DNA of 63,214 nt, filler included, from Chiloscyllium plagiosum (lineage: Eukaryota), in the NCBI RefSeq assembly GCF_004010195.1. It is 4 parts of one record of this genome, joined end to end, with 100 filler letters (N's around TTAATTAATTAA, not from the genome) between each part and the next. Parts side by side here need not be neighbours in the genome. Positions count along the whole stretch, not along the records: positions 22,359 to 47,475 come from NC_057716.1; 3 more parts are not named here. One strand, given 5' to 3'. Shown piece by piece: positions 25,153-37,659 of this stretch (position 1 is the stretch's first letter; every line of letters begins with the position of its first letter). Position numbers and translations under genes: made by a program. The notes beneath the pieces are model-generated. The model worked only from the letters and a program-made list of their open reading frames with translations, was not told the DNA's origin and searched no databases.

Positions 25153-25768
25153 TTATTTAAATAGCTTTCACTATTGAGCTATAGGGAGAGGTTGAATAAG
25201 CTAAGGCTGGTTTCCCTGGAGTGTCGGAGGCTTACCAAGTGACTAGTTTTTTAAAAAATCATGTTTTTCTGGGGTGTCCTTGGTGGTTGCTTTAAAACAC
25301 GAATTAATTTTATTCAAGATTAGTCATAGATAACTAGAAATGAATGTTTAGAATTGCAATCTATGAGGCATAGCAACCAGTTTGAGCACAGCACCCTGCC
25401 GCAAACAACCCTGTGATGATGAACAAGTTATCTGCTAAATGTTAGTAGAGTTTACAGTGGAAATTGCTGAACTAACAGCAAGGGTGTTATTGATGGTGTG
25501 AAGTATGTGCACCTGAAAGAAGCAAATCCAATTCCCTGTGTCCTTTGAATGTGCACTTTTTTCTGTGCTTTACAACCTGTGTTTGGTGTGTGCAATTTTT
25601 TTTCAATTTTGAGCTCTATTGCATGGAAGAGGAGTTTGCATTTGTAAAATACATTTCATGTCCTACGGTTTCACTGAGTGGTGAGCACCCAATGAAGGAC
25701 TTTTTGAAGAACTTATCATTATACAACAGGAGACATGGAATGTGCACATAAACTAAACAGTCACAAGA

Positions 25769-26293
25769 GCACGGTGGCTCAGTGGTTAGCACTGCAGCCT
25801 CACAGCGCCAGAGACCCGGGTTCAGTTCCTGCCTCAGGCGACTAACTGTGTGGAGTTTGTACACTCTCCCCGTGTCTGTGTGGATTTCCTCCGGGTGCTC
25901 TGATTTCCTCCCACAATCCAAAGATGTGCAGGTTAGGTGAATTGGCCATGCTCAATTGCTGGATTAGTGGTGCTGGAAGAACACAGCAGTTCAGGCAGCA
26001 TCCGAGGAGCAGAAAAATCTACGTTTCGGGCAAAAGCTGTGCTGGAAGGGCTTTTGCCCGAAATGTCAATTTTACTGCTCCTCGGATGCTGCCTGAACTG
26101 CTGTGCCCTTCCAGCACCACTAATCCAGAATCTGGTTTCCAGCACCTGCAGTCATTGTTTTTACCATGCTCAATTGACCGTAGTGTTAGGTGAAGGGATA
26201 AATGTAGGGGAATGGGTCTGGGTGAGTTGCGCTTCGGCGGGTCGGTGTGGACTTGTTGGGCTGAAGGGCCTGTTTCCACACTGTAATCTAATC
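25769..26293 (+). mobile_element. HE1-type V-SINE interrupted by a fold-back PLE insert (25959-26163)
   Basis: tRNA-like head GGCTCAGTGGTTAGCAC, V-domain, TAATC tail; CCATGCTCAATTG duplicated at 25946-25958 and 26164-26176. Confidence 0.88.
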
Positions 26294-26679
26294 ATGACCA
26301 GTGACATTGACTGACGTATAAATATTGACCAGGACTTAGAAACGAACCCAGAAACATAGGAATTGGGAGTGGAGTAGGCAATTTGCCCTTCGAGCCTGCC
26401 ATGCCATTTGTCCCTACCACTGACATGAGGCTCATAGGCCTGTAATTTCCAGGACTATCCCTGCTATCCTTCTTAAACAATGAGAGTATTTCAACCGGCA
26501 TTTGATAAGAGTTCAGGAGCGGCACATTGCTGCAAGAATGAAAAATAGGTATGGCAAGTTACGTGAACCTTGGATGACTTTGGTCAAAAAGAAAAAGGGA
26601 AGTAAGTTTTATGTAAAGATTTGAAGAAACTCCATCACATAAACTGGCAAAAGAAAGTCAACAAAAACTTAAACATTTA

Positions 26680-28060
26680 ATTAGCGGATCCATACAATCA
26701 TCACAGAATTCCTAGACAATATCAAGAAGATAAACATAGATAAGACCGAAGCAATGATCTCATTCGATGTAACGATGCTGTTTACCTCAAATGACAAAAC
26801 CTTAGCCAGAGAGAAAATAGCCAACCTCCTGGAAAAACAGAACACACAACACAACGGGGAACCAATCGACAAGGACGTCATACTCAAACTACTGGACCTG
26901 TGCTTAACGGCACACTTCACATTCACTGAACAAATCAATGGGACAGCTATGATGCAAAGACTAGAACAAACAGCCGTCACACAAATCCAACCCAAGCTTT
27001 GGATCAGGCACATGGACAATATTTTTGTAATCATGAAAAGAAGACAGATCGAGAGCCCACACCGCCTTATCAACACCATGCTTAAAGGGCTCAAATTTAC
27101 GAGAGAGGAGGAAATTAACAACCAACACCCATTCCTAGATGTGACGGTAGAAAGAACAGAAAACAGGGAATGCAAAACAGCCACACACACAGACCAGATC
27201 CTGAACTACAGCAGCAACTACCCAAACACCCATAAGAGAAGCTGCATTAGGACACTGTTCAAAAGGGCTACAACACACTGCAGCGCTCCCAATCTGTGAA
27301 GAGACCTCTACAAAGTCTTTGCCAAGAACGGATATGCCCACAACTTTATCTGCAGATGTCTGGCAGACAAACAACGTGACAAGGATTTGCCACCACCCAA
27401 CACTAACCATTCTAGTTTATATAAAAAAAAGTCTTGGAACTGACAGCCAAACTCTTCCGACCACTGGGATTCATGACAGCACACAAACGAACAGCCACGC
27501 TCAGACAACAACTCACCAGAACAAAAGACCCAATACCCATCATGTGCAGGACAGACGTGGTGTACAAGATTCAATGCAGAGACTGCACAAAACACTATAT
27601 AGGACAAACAGGCAGTTAACTAACAATCCACATTCATGAACATCAACTCACCACTAAACACTCCAACCAGCTATCCCTCATATGTATACACACAGACAAC
27701 AAGGACCATAAAGTCAACTGGGACAACACAACAATAATAGGACAAGCCAAACAGAGGATAGCCAGACAATTCCTAGAAGCATGGCACTCATCCATGGACT
27801 CCATCAATAAACACATTGACCTAGACCCAATATACCGACCACCGAAATCTGGTTTCCAGCATCTGCAGTCATTGTTTTTACCAAGTTGAACAACCGAAAC
27901 TGGCAACTGGAAGCAGCGGAAATGGAACCAAATAAATTCCAACCGACACAGTACAGCAGCGCTTCACAGGAGGCTCCACAGCATTGAGGATGTCACCTAG
28001 AAAAGGAACAAAATGTCTGCAAACCAACTTCCCAGCTCAGCGAACATACCCTCAACAACT
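26680..28060 (+). mobile_element. Degenerate Penelope-like element (family C), RT + GIY-YIG
   Basis: MISFDVTMLFT, PFLDV, VVYKIQCRDCTKHYIGQTG; decayed hammerhead pLTR ~27980-28020 homologous to 13560-13650. Confidence 0.88.
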
Positions 28061-28114
28061 GCACTAAAGGCAAACACGAATAAGGTCTCGGAGGATGGGA
28101 ACTGACAAAGCATT

Positions 28115-28505
28115 TAATGTATAGAACATAGAACATAGAACAATACAGCACAGAACAGGCCCTTCGGCCCACGATGTTGTGCCGAACATTTGTCCTAGCT
28201 TAAGCACCCATCCATGTACCTATCCAATTGCCACTTAAAGTTCGCCAATGATTCTGACTCTGCCACTCCCACAGGCAGCGCATTCCATGCCCCCACCACT
28301 CTCTGGGTAAAGAACCTACCCCTGACATCCCCCCTATACCTTCCACCCTTCACCTTAAATTTATGTCCCCTTGTAACACTCTGTTGTACCCGGGGAAAAA
28401 GTTTCTGACTGCTCTATCAATTCCTCTGATCATCTTATAAACCTCGATCAAGCATGGAAGGGTTGGGCCGAAGGGTCTATTTCTGTGCTGTACATTGCTA
28501 TGACA
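28115..28505. mobile_element. CR1 3' tail fragments
   Basis: (ATAGAAC)n tail and reverse-complement FFTQRVV...WNALP. Confidence 0.7.
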
Positions 28506-29089
28506 CTATGACTGTAGGGTAGGAACCAACAAAAGAGTCCTCTTATTTCCTGGGATGTGGGGCATCGCTGGCTAGGCCAGCATTTTATTGGGCAGAAATG
28601 CGTACTGCAGATGCTGGAGATTAGAACCTGATGAAGGGCTTTTGCCCGAAACATCGATTCTCATGCTCCTTGGTTGCTGCCTGACCTGCTGTGCTTTTTC
28701 AGCACCACTCTAATCTTGACTCAGCATTTTATTATCCATCTCTAATTGACCCCAGTACTTGCTCAGCCATTGCAAAGGGCAGTTAAGAACCTACCAGATT
28801 GCTGTGTGTCTGGAGTCACATGTAGGCCCGACCTGCTAAGGATGGCAGATAAAGGGCATCAGTAAAGCAAATGGGCTTTTACAAAAAAATTAAAGAATGG
28901 TCACCATCACTGAGACCAGGTTTCAATTCCAGATTTTATTTTCATATCAACCTGCTCAGAAATGTTCTAAGCAAGGTAGGACTTAAAACCAGGGCTCCTA
29001 GCTCAGAGGTAAGGACACTACACTGCACCACAAGTGCCCACACCATTCCAGATGTTAATTTTTTTACATCCACAGTGCTCTTACACACA

Positions 29090-30080
29090 ACAGAACAATG
29101 TTAAAAGAAAATGGACTCATTAACGATAGCATGGTTTTGTGTGGGGGGAGGTTGTGTCTCCCTAACCTGATCAAGCTTTTTGAGGAGGTGACGAAGATGA
29201 TTGATGAGGGAAAAGTGGTTGATGTTGTCTACATGGACTTCAGTAAAGCCTTTGACAAGGTCCCTCATGGCAGACTGGTATGAAAGGTGAAGTCACATGG
29301 TATCAGGGTGAGCTGGCAAATTGGATACAGAACTGGCTTAGTCATAGGAGACAGGGTAGCGGTGGAAGGATGCTTTTCAGAATGGAGGTTTGTGACTAGT
29401 GGCGTTCCACAGGGATCAGTGCTGGGACCTCTGCTATTTGTGGTCTACATAAATGATTTGGAGGCAAAGGTAGCTGGTCTAATTAGTAAGTTTGTGGATG
29501 ATACAAAGATGGTTGAGTTGTGGATAGTGAGGAGGATTGTCAGAGAATACAGCAGGATATAGATCAGTTGGGAGCATGGGCAGAAAAATGGCAGATGGAG
29601 TTAAAACTGGACAAATGTGAGGTGGTGCATTTTGGAAAGTCAAGTACAGTGAATGGCAGAACCCTCAGGAGTATTGATATGCAGAGAGATCTGGGTCTGC
29701 AGGTTCACAGATCACTGAAGGGGGCAGCACAGGTAGGTAAGGTAGTAAAAAGGTCTATGGCATGCTTACCTTCATTGGCAGGGGTATTAAGTATAAGGAT
29801 AGATAAATTATGTTGCAGCTTTATAGAACTTTAGTGAGGCCACACTTGGAATATTGTGTACTGTTCTGGTCACACTACCAGAAAGTTAAGGATGCTTTGG
29901 GGAGAGTACAGAAAAGGTTTACCAGGATGTTGCCTGGTGTGGGGGATTTTAGCTATGAAGAAAGATTGGATAGACTGGGTTTGTTTTCACTGGAAAGCAG
30001 GAGGTTGAAGGGCGACCTGAAAGAAGTTTATAAGATTCAGACAGAGGGGTCAGTTATGAGGGGACACAGGTTCAAAGTGT
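29090..30080 (+). mobile_element. CR1 LINE ORF2 3' fragment
   Basis: [35 protein letters not shown]. Confidence 0.9.
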
Positions 30081-30269
30081 GGAAGCAATTTTTTTTTCAA
30101 AACCCAGATCTATCACTCTCCATCAGTCTATGGCTATCTGCAATTTGATCTTTGTCAACAGGAAATCCAGTGGACCATGAGAAGCCATCACATTTTAATC
30201 TATGTTTCCTGATCTTTGGCCATTTTAGTGATTGAATAAACACATTGAAACATGTATACTGGAACAGAT

Positions 30270-31321
30270 GGGATTGATCAATCCTTCCTCATTACATAAT
30301 AGCAAATCTAAAGTAGAAATATCACAATACCAGGTTATAGCCCAACAGGTTTATTTGGAAATAGAAGCTTTCAAGCACTGGTTCTTCATCAGGTAGCTAG
30401 TGAAGCAGAATCATAGGACACAGAACTTATAGCAAAAGATCGTCGGGCCATACAACTGATACAAAATATTGAACAAACCTAAATTGCTGTGCAGTCTCTC
30501 ATCTTTTAGAATGGGTTGCAGTTTTGATTCATTAATATGTAAATTCCAGAACTTCTTTCAAGTCACTTTCTTGAGATAAGTTAAGATTTTATAAATAAAG
30601 ATGACATCTCAGCTCAGACATTGCATTAAAGGTATGAGGCTAGAGTCTGTATGTATTCCAATCTTGAGTCAGACTTGTTCTATTTCCGAAATAGGAATTT
30701 GCAAAATGTCACATGATTTGTCACACACACACACTCTCTCTCTCTCTCACTCACTCTCCCCCTGTCTCATATGCAGGCACACACACAAATGAGTCTATGT
30801 GGTGAATTTACATTTGCACAATTGTATTTGCAGGTACATTCTATTTTGTTCAAAAAGCACACAATCTGTAGGCAGTCAGTCCATGTCATATTTTATGAAT
30901 TCCTACTTTGGAAGTAGAATCAGTCTGACTCAAGAATGGCATACAAACAGACTCAAACCTCACCTTTAATGAATTTCTGAGCCGAGATGTCACCTTCTTT
31001 TTATAAAGCCTTAAGTTACCTCAAGAATGTGACTTGAAAGAAGTTCTGGGATTATATATTAATGAATTGAAACCTACAACCCATTCTAAAAGATGAAAGA
31101 CTGAACAGCAATTTTGGTTTGTTCAAGATATCACATCTGTTGTATGACATTATAATCTTTCGCTCTAAATTCTGTGTCCTATGATCCTGCATCACTAGCT
31201 ACCTGACAAAGGAGCAGTGCTCCGAAAGCTTGTACTTCCAAATAAACCTGTTGGACCATAAACCAGTATTGTGAGATTTCTACTTTAGATTTGGTATTAT
31301 GTAATGAGAAAGGATTGATCA
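30270..31321. mobile_element. ~1-kb palindromic non-coding element (family B)
   Basis: Long inverted arms around a (CA)/(CT) centre; decayed hammerhead at ~31203. Confidence 0.75.
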
Positions 31322-31484
31322 CCAATTGGAGAACCAAGGGAATAGGTGTTGGGATTTTTGACTAGGTTAAGATGTCTGATAGATGGATGTGACTTTGAAT
31401 TAATCTTTCAAGAGACGCTGAGCGACTGGTATGAGGGATTAATGATGCAACCGTACAAAAGTGCCGACTAGCTGAATCCCATTG

Positions 31485-33570
31485 AACATAGAACAATACA
31501 GCAAAGAACAAGCCCTTTGGCCCTTGATGTTAGGCCGTCCTGTGAACTAGTCTAAGCCCAGGTAGAAGTGTGTACTGCAGATGCAGGAGATCAGAGTTAA
31601 AATTAGAGTGGTGCTGGAAAAGCACAGCAGGTCAGGCAACCTGCGCGGAACAGGAAAATCGATGTTTTGGGCAAAAGCCCTTCATCGGGAATGAATCATC
31701 CTTATGAAGGGTTTTTTGCCCGAAATATCAATTTTCCTGCTCCTTGGATGCTGCCTAACCTGCTGTGCTTTTCTAGCACCACTCTAATCTTGACTCTAAT
31801 CTAAGTCTGTACCCTTACACTATCCCATCATCATCCATGTGCTTATCCAAGGATTGTTTAAATCTCCCTAATGTGGCTGAGTTAACTACATTGGCAGGCA
31901 GGGCATTCCACACCCTTACCACTTTGAGTAAAGAACTTGCCTGTAACATCTATCTTGAATCTATCACCCCTCAATTTGTAATTATGCCCCTTCATACAAG
32001 CTGAAGCTATCATTCTAGGAAAAAGACTTTCACTGTCTACCCAATCTAATCCTCTGATCATCTTGTATATCTCTATAAAATCCCCTCTTAGCCTTCTTCT
32101 CTCCAATGAGAACAGACCCAAGTCCCTCAGACCTTCCTCATAAGACCTTCCCTCCAGACCAGGCAACATCCTGGTAAATCTCCTCTGCACCTTTTCCAAT
32201 GCTTCCACATCCTTCCTGTAATGGGATGACCAGAACTGTACACAATATTCCAAGTGTAGCTGCACTAGCGTTTTGTATTGCTGCAAAATGACATTACGGC
32301 TCCGGAACTCAATCCCTCCACCAATGAAACCGAACACACCCTATGCCTTCTTAACAGCACTATCAACCTGGTGGCAACTTTCAGGGATCTCTGTACTTGG
32401 ACTCCAAGATCCCTCTGCACATCCACACTACCAAGAATCTTTCCATTGACCCAGTATTCTGCCTTCCTGTTATTCTTCCCAAAGTGAATCACGTCATATT
32501 TAGCTGCACTGAACTCTATTTGCCACCTTTCAGCCCAATTCTGCAGTTTATCCAAATCTCCCTGCAACCTGAAACATTCTTCCATGCTGTCCATCACTTC
32601 ACCGACTTTAGCTTTATCTGCAAACTTACTGACCTATCCACCTATGCCTGCATCCAAGCCATTTATAAAAATGACAAAAAGCAATTGTCCCAAAACAGAT
32701 CCTTGTGGCACACCACTAGTAATCGGACTCCAGGCTGAATATTTTCCATCAACCACCACTCGCTGCCTTCTTTCAGAAAGCCAGTTTCTAATCCAAACTG
32801 CTAAATCACCCTCAATCCCATGCCTCCACATTCTCTTCAACAGCCCACCATGTGGAACCTTATCAAAGGCTTTACTGAATTCCTTGTACACCCCACAAAC
32901 TGCCCTACCCTCATCCACATGCTTGGTCACCTCCTCAAAAACTCAATGAGGTTTGTGAGACATGACCTGCCCTTGACAAAACCATTTTGACTATCTGCAA
33001 TCAAATTGTTACTTGCTAGATGATTATAAATCCTATCTCTTATAATCCTTTTCCTACAACAGATGGAAGGCTCACTGGTCTATAATAACCGGGTCACCTC
33101 TACTGCCCTTCTTGAACAAGGCACAACATTTGCAATCCTCCAGTCCTCTGGTACTAAACCTATAAACAATGATGACTCAAAGATCAAAGCTAAAGGCTCC
33201 AAAACCTCCTCCCTAGCTTCCCAGCGAATGCTTGGATAAATCCCATCTGGCCCAGGGACTTATCTACTTTCACACCTTCTAGAATTGATAACATCTCCTC
33301 CTTATGCACCTCGAACCTTTCTAGTCCAATATCTCATTCTTCTCCTCTACAATATTCTCCTTTTCCTGAGTGAAAACCGCTGAGAAATATTCTTTTAGTA
33401 CCTCTCCGATATCCACAGAGTCCACACACAACTTCCCACTTCTGTCTTTGACTGGCCCTATTCCTACCCTACCCATTCTTTATTCCTCACATATCTATAT
33501 AGACAGCTTTCGGGTTCACCTTTATTCTACCTGACAAAGATTGCTCATGTCCTCTCTTTGCTCTTCTTAA
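31485..33570 (-). mobile_element. CR1 LINE with fold-back PLE insert at ~31562-31800
   Basis: Minus ORFs [29 protein letters not shown]. Confidence 0.9.
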
Positions 33571-33889
33571 CTCCAACAGGCAGTATATCCTGCTTTATTA
33601 TTAGAAAATGAGGCAAGTGGAGAAGAGATGTTACAGGGTATGTGATGGAAGTGAACACCCTTGCCAGGCCAGCTGAGCTTGGGGAACATCACTTGAATGA
33701 ATACAGTTGAAAAGCCGCACACAGATCAACGCAAAACCCCAAAACAAAGGCAAGCCTCGGCCAAACAGTTAACATTTTCTTCAGGATCCGGGCTGTCAAG
33801 CCATTGTTGTTGCTGCAGGTGTGTGGACTCGAAGCAGCAATAGAGTCCCACTACAACTAAATTGAGTAAGAGAACTGCCATGGTGTTGA

Positions 33890-35830
33890 GGGTTTAGATG
33901 GAGAGGAATTTGTTAAGGGTGTACCAGAAAATCTTCTGATTCAGTATGTGGATGGATCTGTGAGAGAAGGTGCAAAACTTGATCTACTCTTGGGAAATAA
34001 GGCAGGGCAGGTGACTGAGGTGTCAGTGGGGGAGCACTTTGGGGCCAGTGACCATAATTCTATCAGTTTTAAAATAGTGATGGAAAAGGATAGACCAGAT
34101 CTAAAAGTTGAAGTTCTAAATTGGAGAAAGGCTAATTTTGATGGTATTAGGCAAGAACTGATTGGGGGCAAGTTGTTGGAGGGAATCCTGAGGGACAGGA
34201 TTTACATGTATTTGGAAAGGCAAGGACTGATTAGGAATAGTCAATATGGCTTTGTACATGGGAAATCATGTCTCATGAACTTGATTAAGTTTTTTGAAGA
34301 AGTAACAAAGAGGATTGATGAGGGCAGAGCGATGGATGTGATCTATATGGACTTCAGTAAGGCATTCGACAAGGTTCCCTATGGGAAACTGGTCAGCAAG
34401 GTTAGATCTCATGGAAAACAGGGAGAACTCGCCATTTGGATACAGAACTGGTTTAAAGATAGAAGACAGAGGGTGGTGGTGGAGGGTTGTTCTTCAGACT
34501 GGAGGCCTGTGACCAGTGGAGTGCCACAAAGATCGGTGCTGGGTCGGTGTGGGCGGCACGGTGACACAGTGGTTAGCAACTGCTGCCTCACAGCGCCAGA
34601 GACCCGGTTCAATTCCCACCTCAGGCAACTGACTGTGTGGAGTTTGCACATTCTCCCCGTGTCTGCGTGGGTTTCCTCCGGATGCTCCGGTTTCCTCCCA
34701 CAGTCCAAAGATGTGCAGGTTAGGTGAATTGGCCATGCTAAATTGCCCATAGTGTTAGGTAAAGGGGTAAATGTAGGGGTATGGGTGGGTTACGCTTCGG
34801 CGGGTCGATGTGGACTTGTTGGGCCGAAGGGCCTGTTTCCACACTGTAATCTAATCTAATCTAATCTAATCTAATCTAATCTAATCACTACTTTTCCTCA
34901 TTTATATAAATGATTTGGATGTGAGCATATGAGGTATAGTTAGTAAGTTTGCAGATGGCACCAAAATTGGAGGTGTAGTGGACAGCAAAGAAGGTTACCT
35001 CAGATTACAACAGAATCTTAGAATTCCTACTGTGTAGAAACAGGCCCTTTGGCCCAACAAGTCCATATCAACCCTCTGAAGAGTAACCGACCCAGACCCA
35101 TTCCCTTATTTCTCTACATTTTCCCAGAATGATGCACCTAACACTGTTGACAATTTATCATGGCTAATCCAACTAAGCTGCACATTTTTGGATTATGGTA
35201 GGAAACCAGAGCACCCAGAGGAAACCCACGCAGACACGGGGAGTATGTGTAAACTCCACAACAGACGGTTGGCCGAGGCTGGAAGCGAACCCGGGCCCCT
35301 GGTGCTGTGAGGCAGCAGTACTAACCACTGAGCTACTGTGCAACCCCTTGATCAGCTGGGCCAATGGACTGAGGAGTGGCAGATGGAGTTTAATTCAGAT
35401 AAATGCAAGCTGTTGCATTGTGGGAAAGCAAATCTTAGCAGGACTAAAACACTTAATGGTAAGGTCCTAGGGAGTGTTGCTAAACAAAGAGACTTGGAGT
35501 GCAGGTTCATAGCTCCTTAAAAATGGAATCACAGGTAGATAGGATAGTGAGGAAGGTGTTTGGTGTGCTTTCTTATATTGGTCAGAGTATTGAGTATAGA
35601 AGTTGGGAGGTCAAGTTGGGGCTGAACAGGACGTTGGTTAGGCCACTTTTGGAATATTATGTGTAATTCTGGTCTCCTTCCTATCAGAAGGATGTCGTGA
35701 AACTTGAAAGGGTTCAGAGGAATATGGACTGGATGCTGGCAGCTGGGACTAGATTGGGTTGGGATATCTGGTCGGCATGGGCAAGCTGGACTGAAGGGTC
35801 TGTTTCCATGCTGTAGATCTCTGTGACTCT
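33890..35830 (+). mobile_element. CR1 LINE fragments with two HE1-type SINE insertions
   Basis: LDLLLGN..SDHN endonuclease end, DFSKAFDKV; SINEs at 34551-34886 (+) and ~35018-35345 (-). Confidence 0.88.
34551..34886 (+). mobile_element. HE1-type V-SINE with (TAATC)n tail
   Basis: GGGCGGCACGGTG..., GTGTGGAGTTTGCACATTCTCCCCGTGTCTGCG V-domain. Confidence 0.9.
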
Positions 35831-35949
35831 ATAACTTGTCCATGCTAACCAGATATTCCATATTAATCTAGTCCCATTTTGCCAGCATTTCACCCATATC
35901 TCATGGAACCCTTTCAGTGGAGCCTGAATTTCAAAGAGTAGACAGAACT

Positions 35950-37560
35950 TAGAGTCTTAGTTGTAGACATGTACAGCACGGAACAGACACTCCGGTCCAA
36001 CTTGTCCATTCCGACCAGATATCCCAACCTAATCTAGTCCCACCTGCCAGCACCCGGCACATATCCCTCCAAACCCTTCCTATTCATATACCCATTCAGA
36101 TGCCTTTTAAATGTTGCAATTGTACCAGCCTGCTCTGGCAGCTTTTCCATACACACACCACCCTTTGCATGAAAAAGTTGCCCCTTAGGCCGCTTTTAAA
36201 TCTTTCACCCGAAACCTATGCCCTCTAGTTTTGGACTCCCTACCTTGGGGAAAAGAGCTTGACTATTCACCAATCCACATCCCTCATGATTTTATAAGCT
36301 TCTATAAGGGCACCCCTCAGCCTCCAGCGCTCCATGGAAAATAGCCCCATCCTGTTGAACCTCTCCCTATAGCTCAAACCCTCCATACCTTGGCAACATC
36401 ACTATAAATCTTTTCTGCACCTTTTCACATTTCATAGCAGGCAGACCAGAATTGAACATTGTATTCCAAAAGTGGCCTAACCAATGTCCTGTGCACCCAT
36501 AACATGACCTCTCAACTCCTATACTCAGTGTGCTTATCAATAAAGGCAAGCATACCAAATGCCTTCTTCACGAACCAATCAGAACAATCAAAACTAACAA
36601 CTGGTTAATTGGTCACCCGGTTTTAACGTAGGTTGATACTGGTGTGGTTGTATCAGCGATTGCCGAAACAGTCTTCAGCAAATGCACTCTGGACTCCACC
36701 CTGTTCTCCATTTACACATCTTGTTGCCGCGGAAAAGCTGCCAACATCATCAAAGACCCGTCCAACCCTGCTAATGCTCTTCAAAACCTCTTCCATCAGG
36801 CAGAAGGTACAGAAGCTTGGACATGTACCAACAGGTTCATGGACAGATTCTTCCCTGCTGTTAGACTCATGAATGGACTCTCTAACTTCAAATAATGTTG
36901 ACCCTGTTAATGTTGATCTTGCTTTGTGCACCTCCCGTGCAGTATAACCTGTATGCCTCACTTGGTCTAAGCACCCTATAGAACATAGAACCATACAGCA
37001 CAATACAGGCCCTTCAGTCCTCGTTGTTGTACTGACCTGTGAAACCAATTTGAAGCCCATCTAACCTACACTATTTCATTATGATTAGATTAGATTAGAT
37101 TACATTCATATGTTTATCCAATGACCACTTAAATGTCCTTAATGTTGGTGAGTCCTCTACTGTTGCAGACAGGGCATTCCACACCCCTACTACTCTCTGA
37201 GCAAAGAACCTACCTCTGACATCTGTCCGATATCTATCACCCCTCAATTTAAAGCTATGTCCCCTCATGCGAGCCATCACCATCCAAGGAAAATGGCTCT
37301 CACTGTCCACCCTATCTAATCCTCTGTTCATCTTGTATGCCTCTATTAAGTCACCTCTTAACCTTCTTCTCTCTAACAAAAACAGTCTCAACTCCCTCAG
37401 CCTTTTCTCACCAGACCTTACCTCCATACCAGGCAATATCTGGGTAAATTTCCTCTGCACCCTTTCCAATGCTCCATATATTTTCTCTAATGCAGTGACC
37501 AGAACTGTATGTAGTACTTTAAGTGTGGCCGCACCAGAATTTTGTACAGCTGCAATATGA
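35950..37560 (-). mobile_element. CR1 3' fragments (-) flanking and nested in a Rex1/Babar 3' fragment (+, ~36640-36980)
   Basis: RGRFFAQRVVGVWNAL (-); KAANIIKDPSNP...RFFPAVRLMN (+). Confidence 0.8.
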
Positions 37561-37659
37561 TCTGTATGTCTTTGCTTACAATGATCGACCTGTACTGCTC
37601 ACTAACAAAGTCTTTCACTGAACCTATGTACACGTGACCACAATAAATCAAATCAACAG

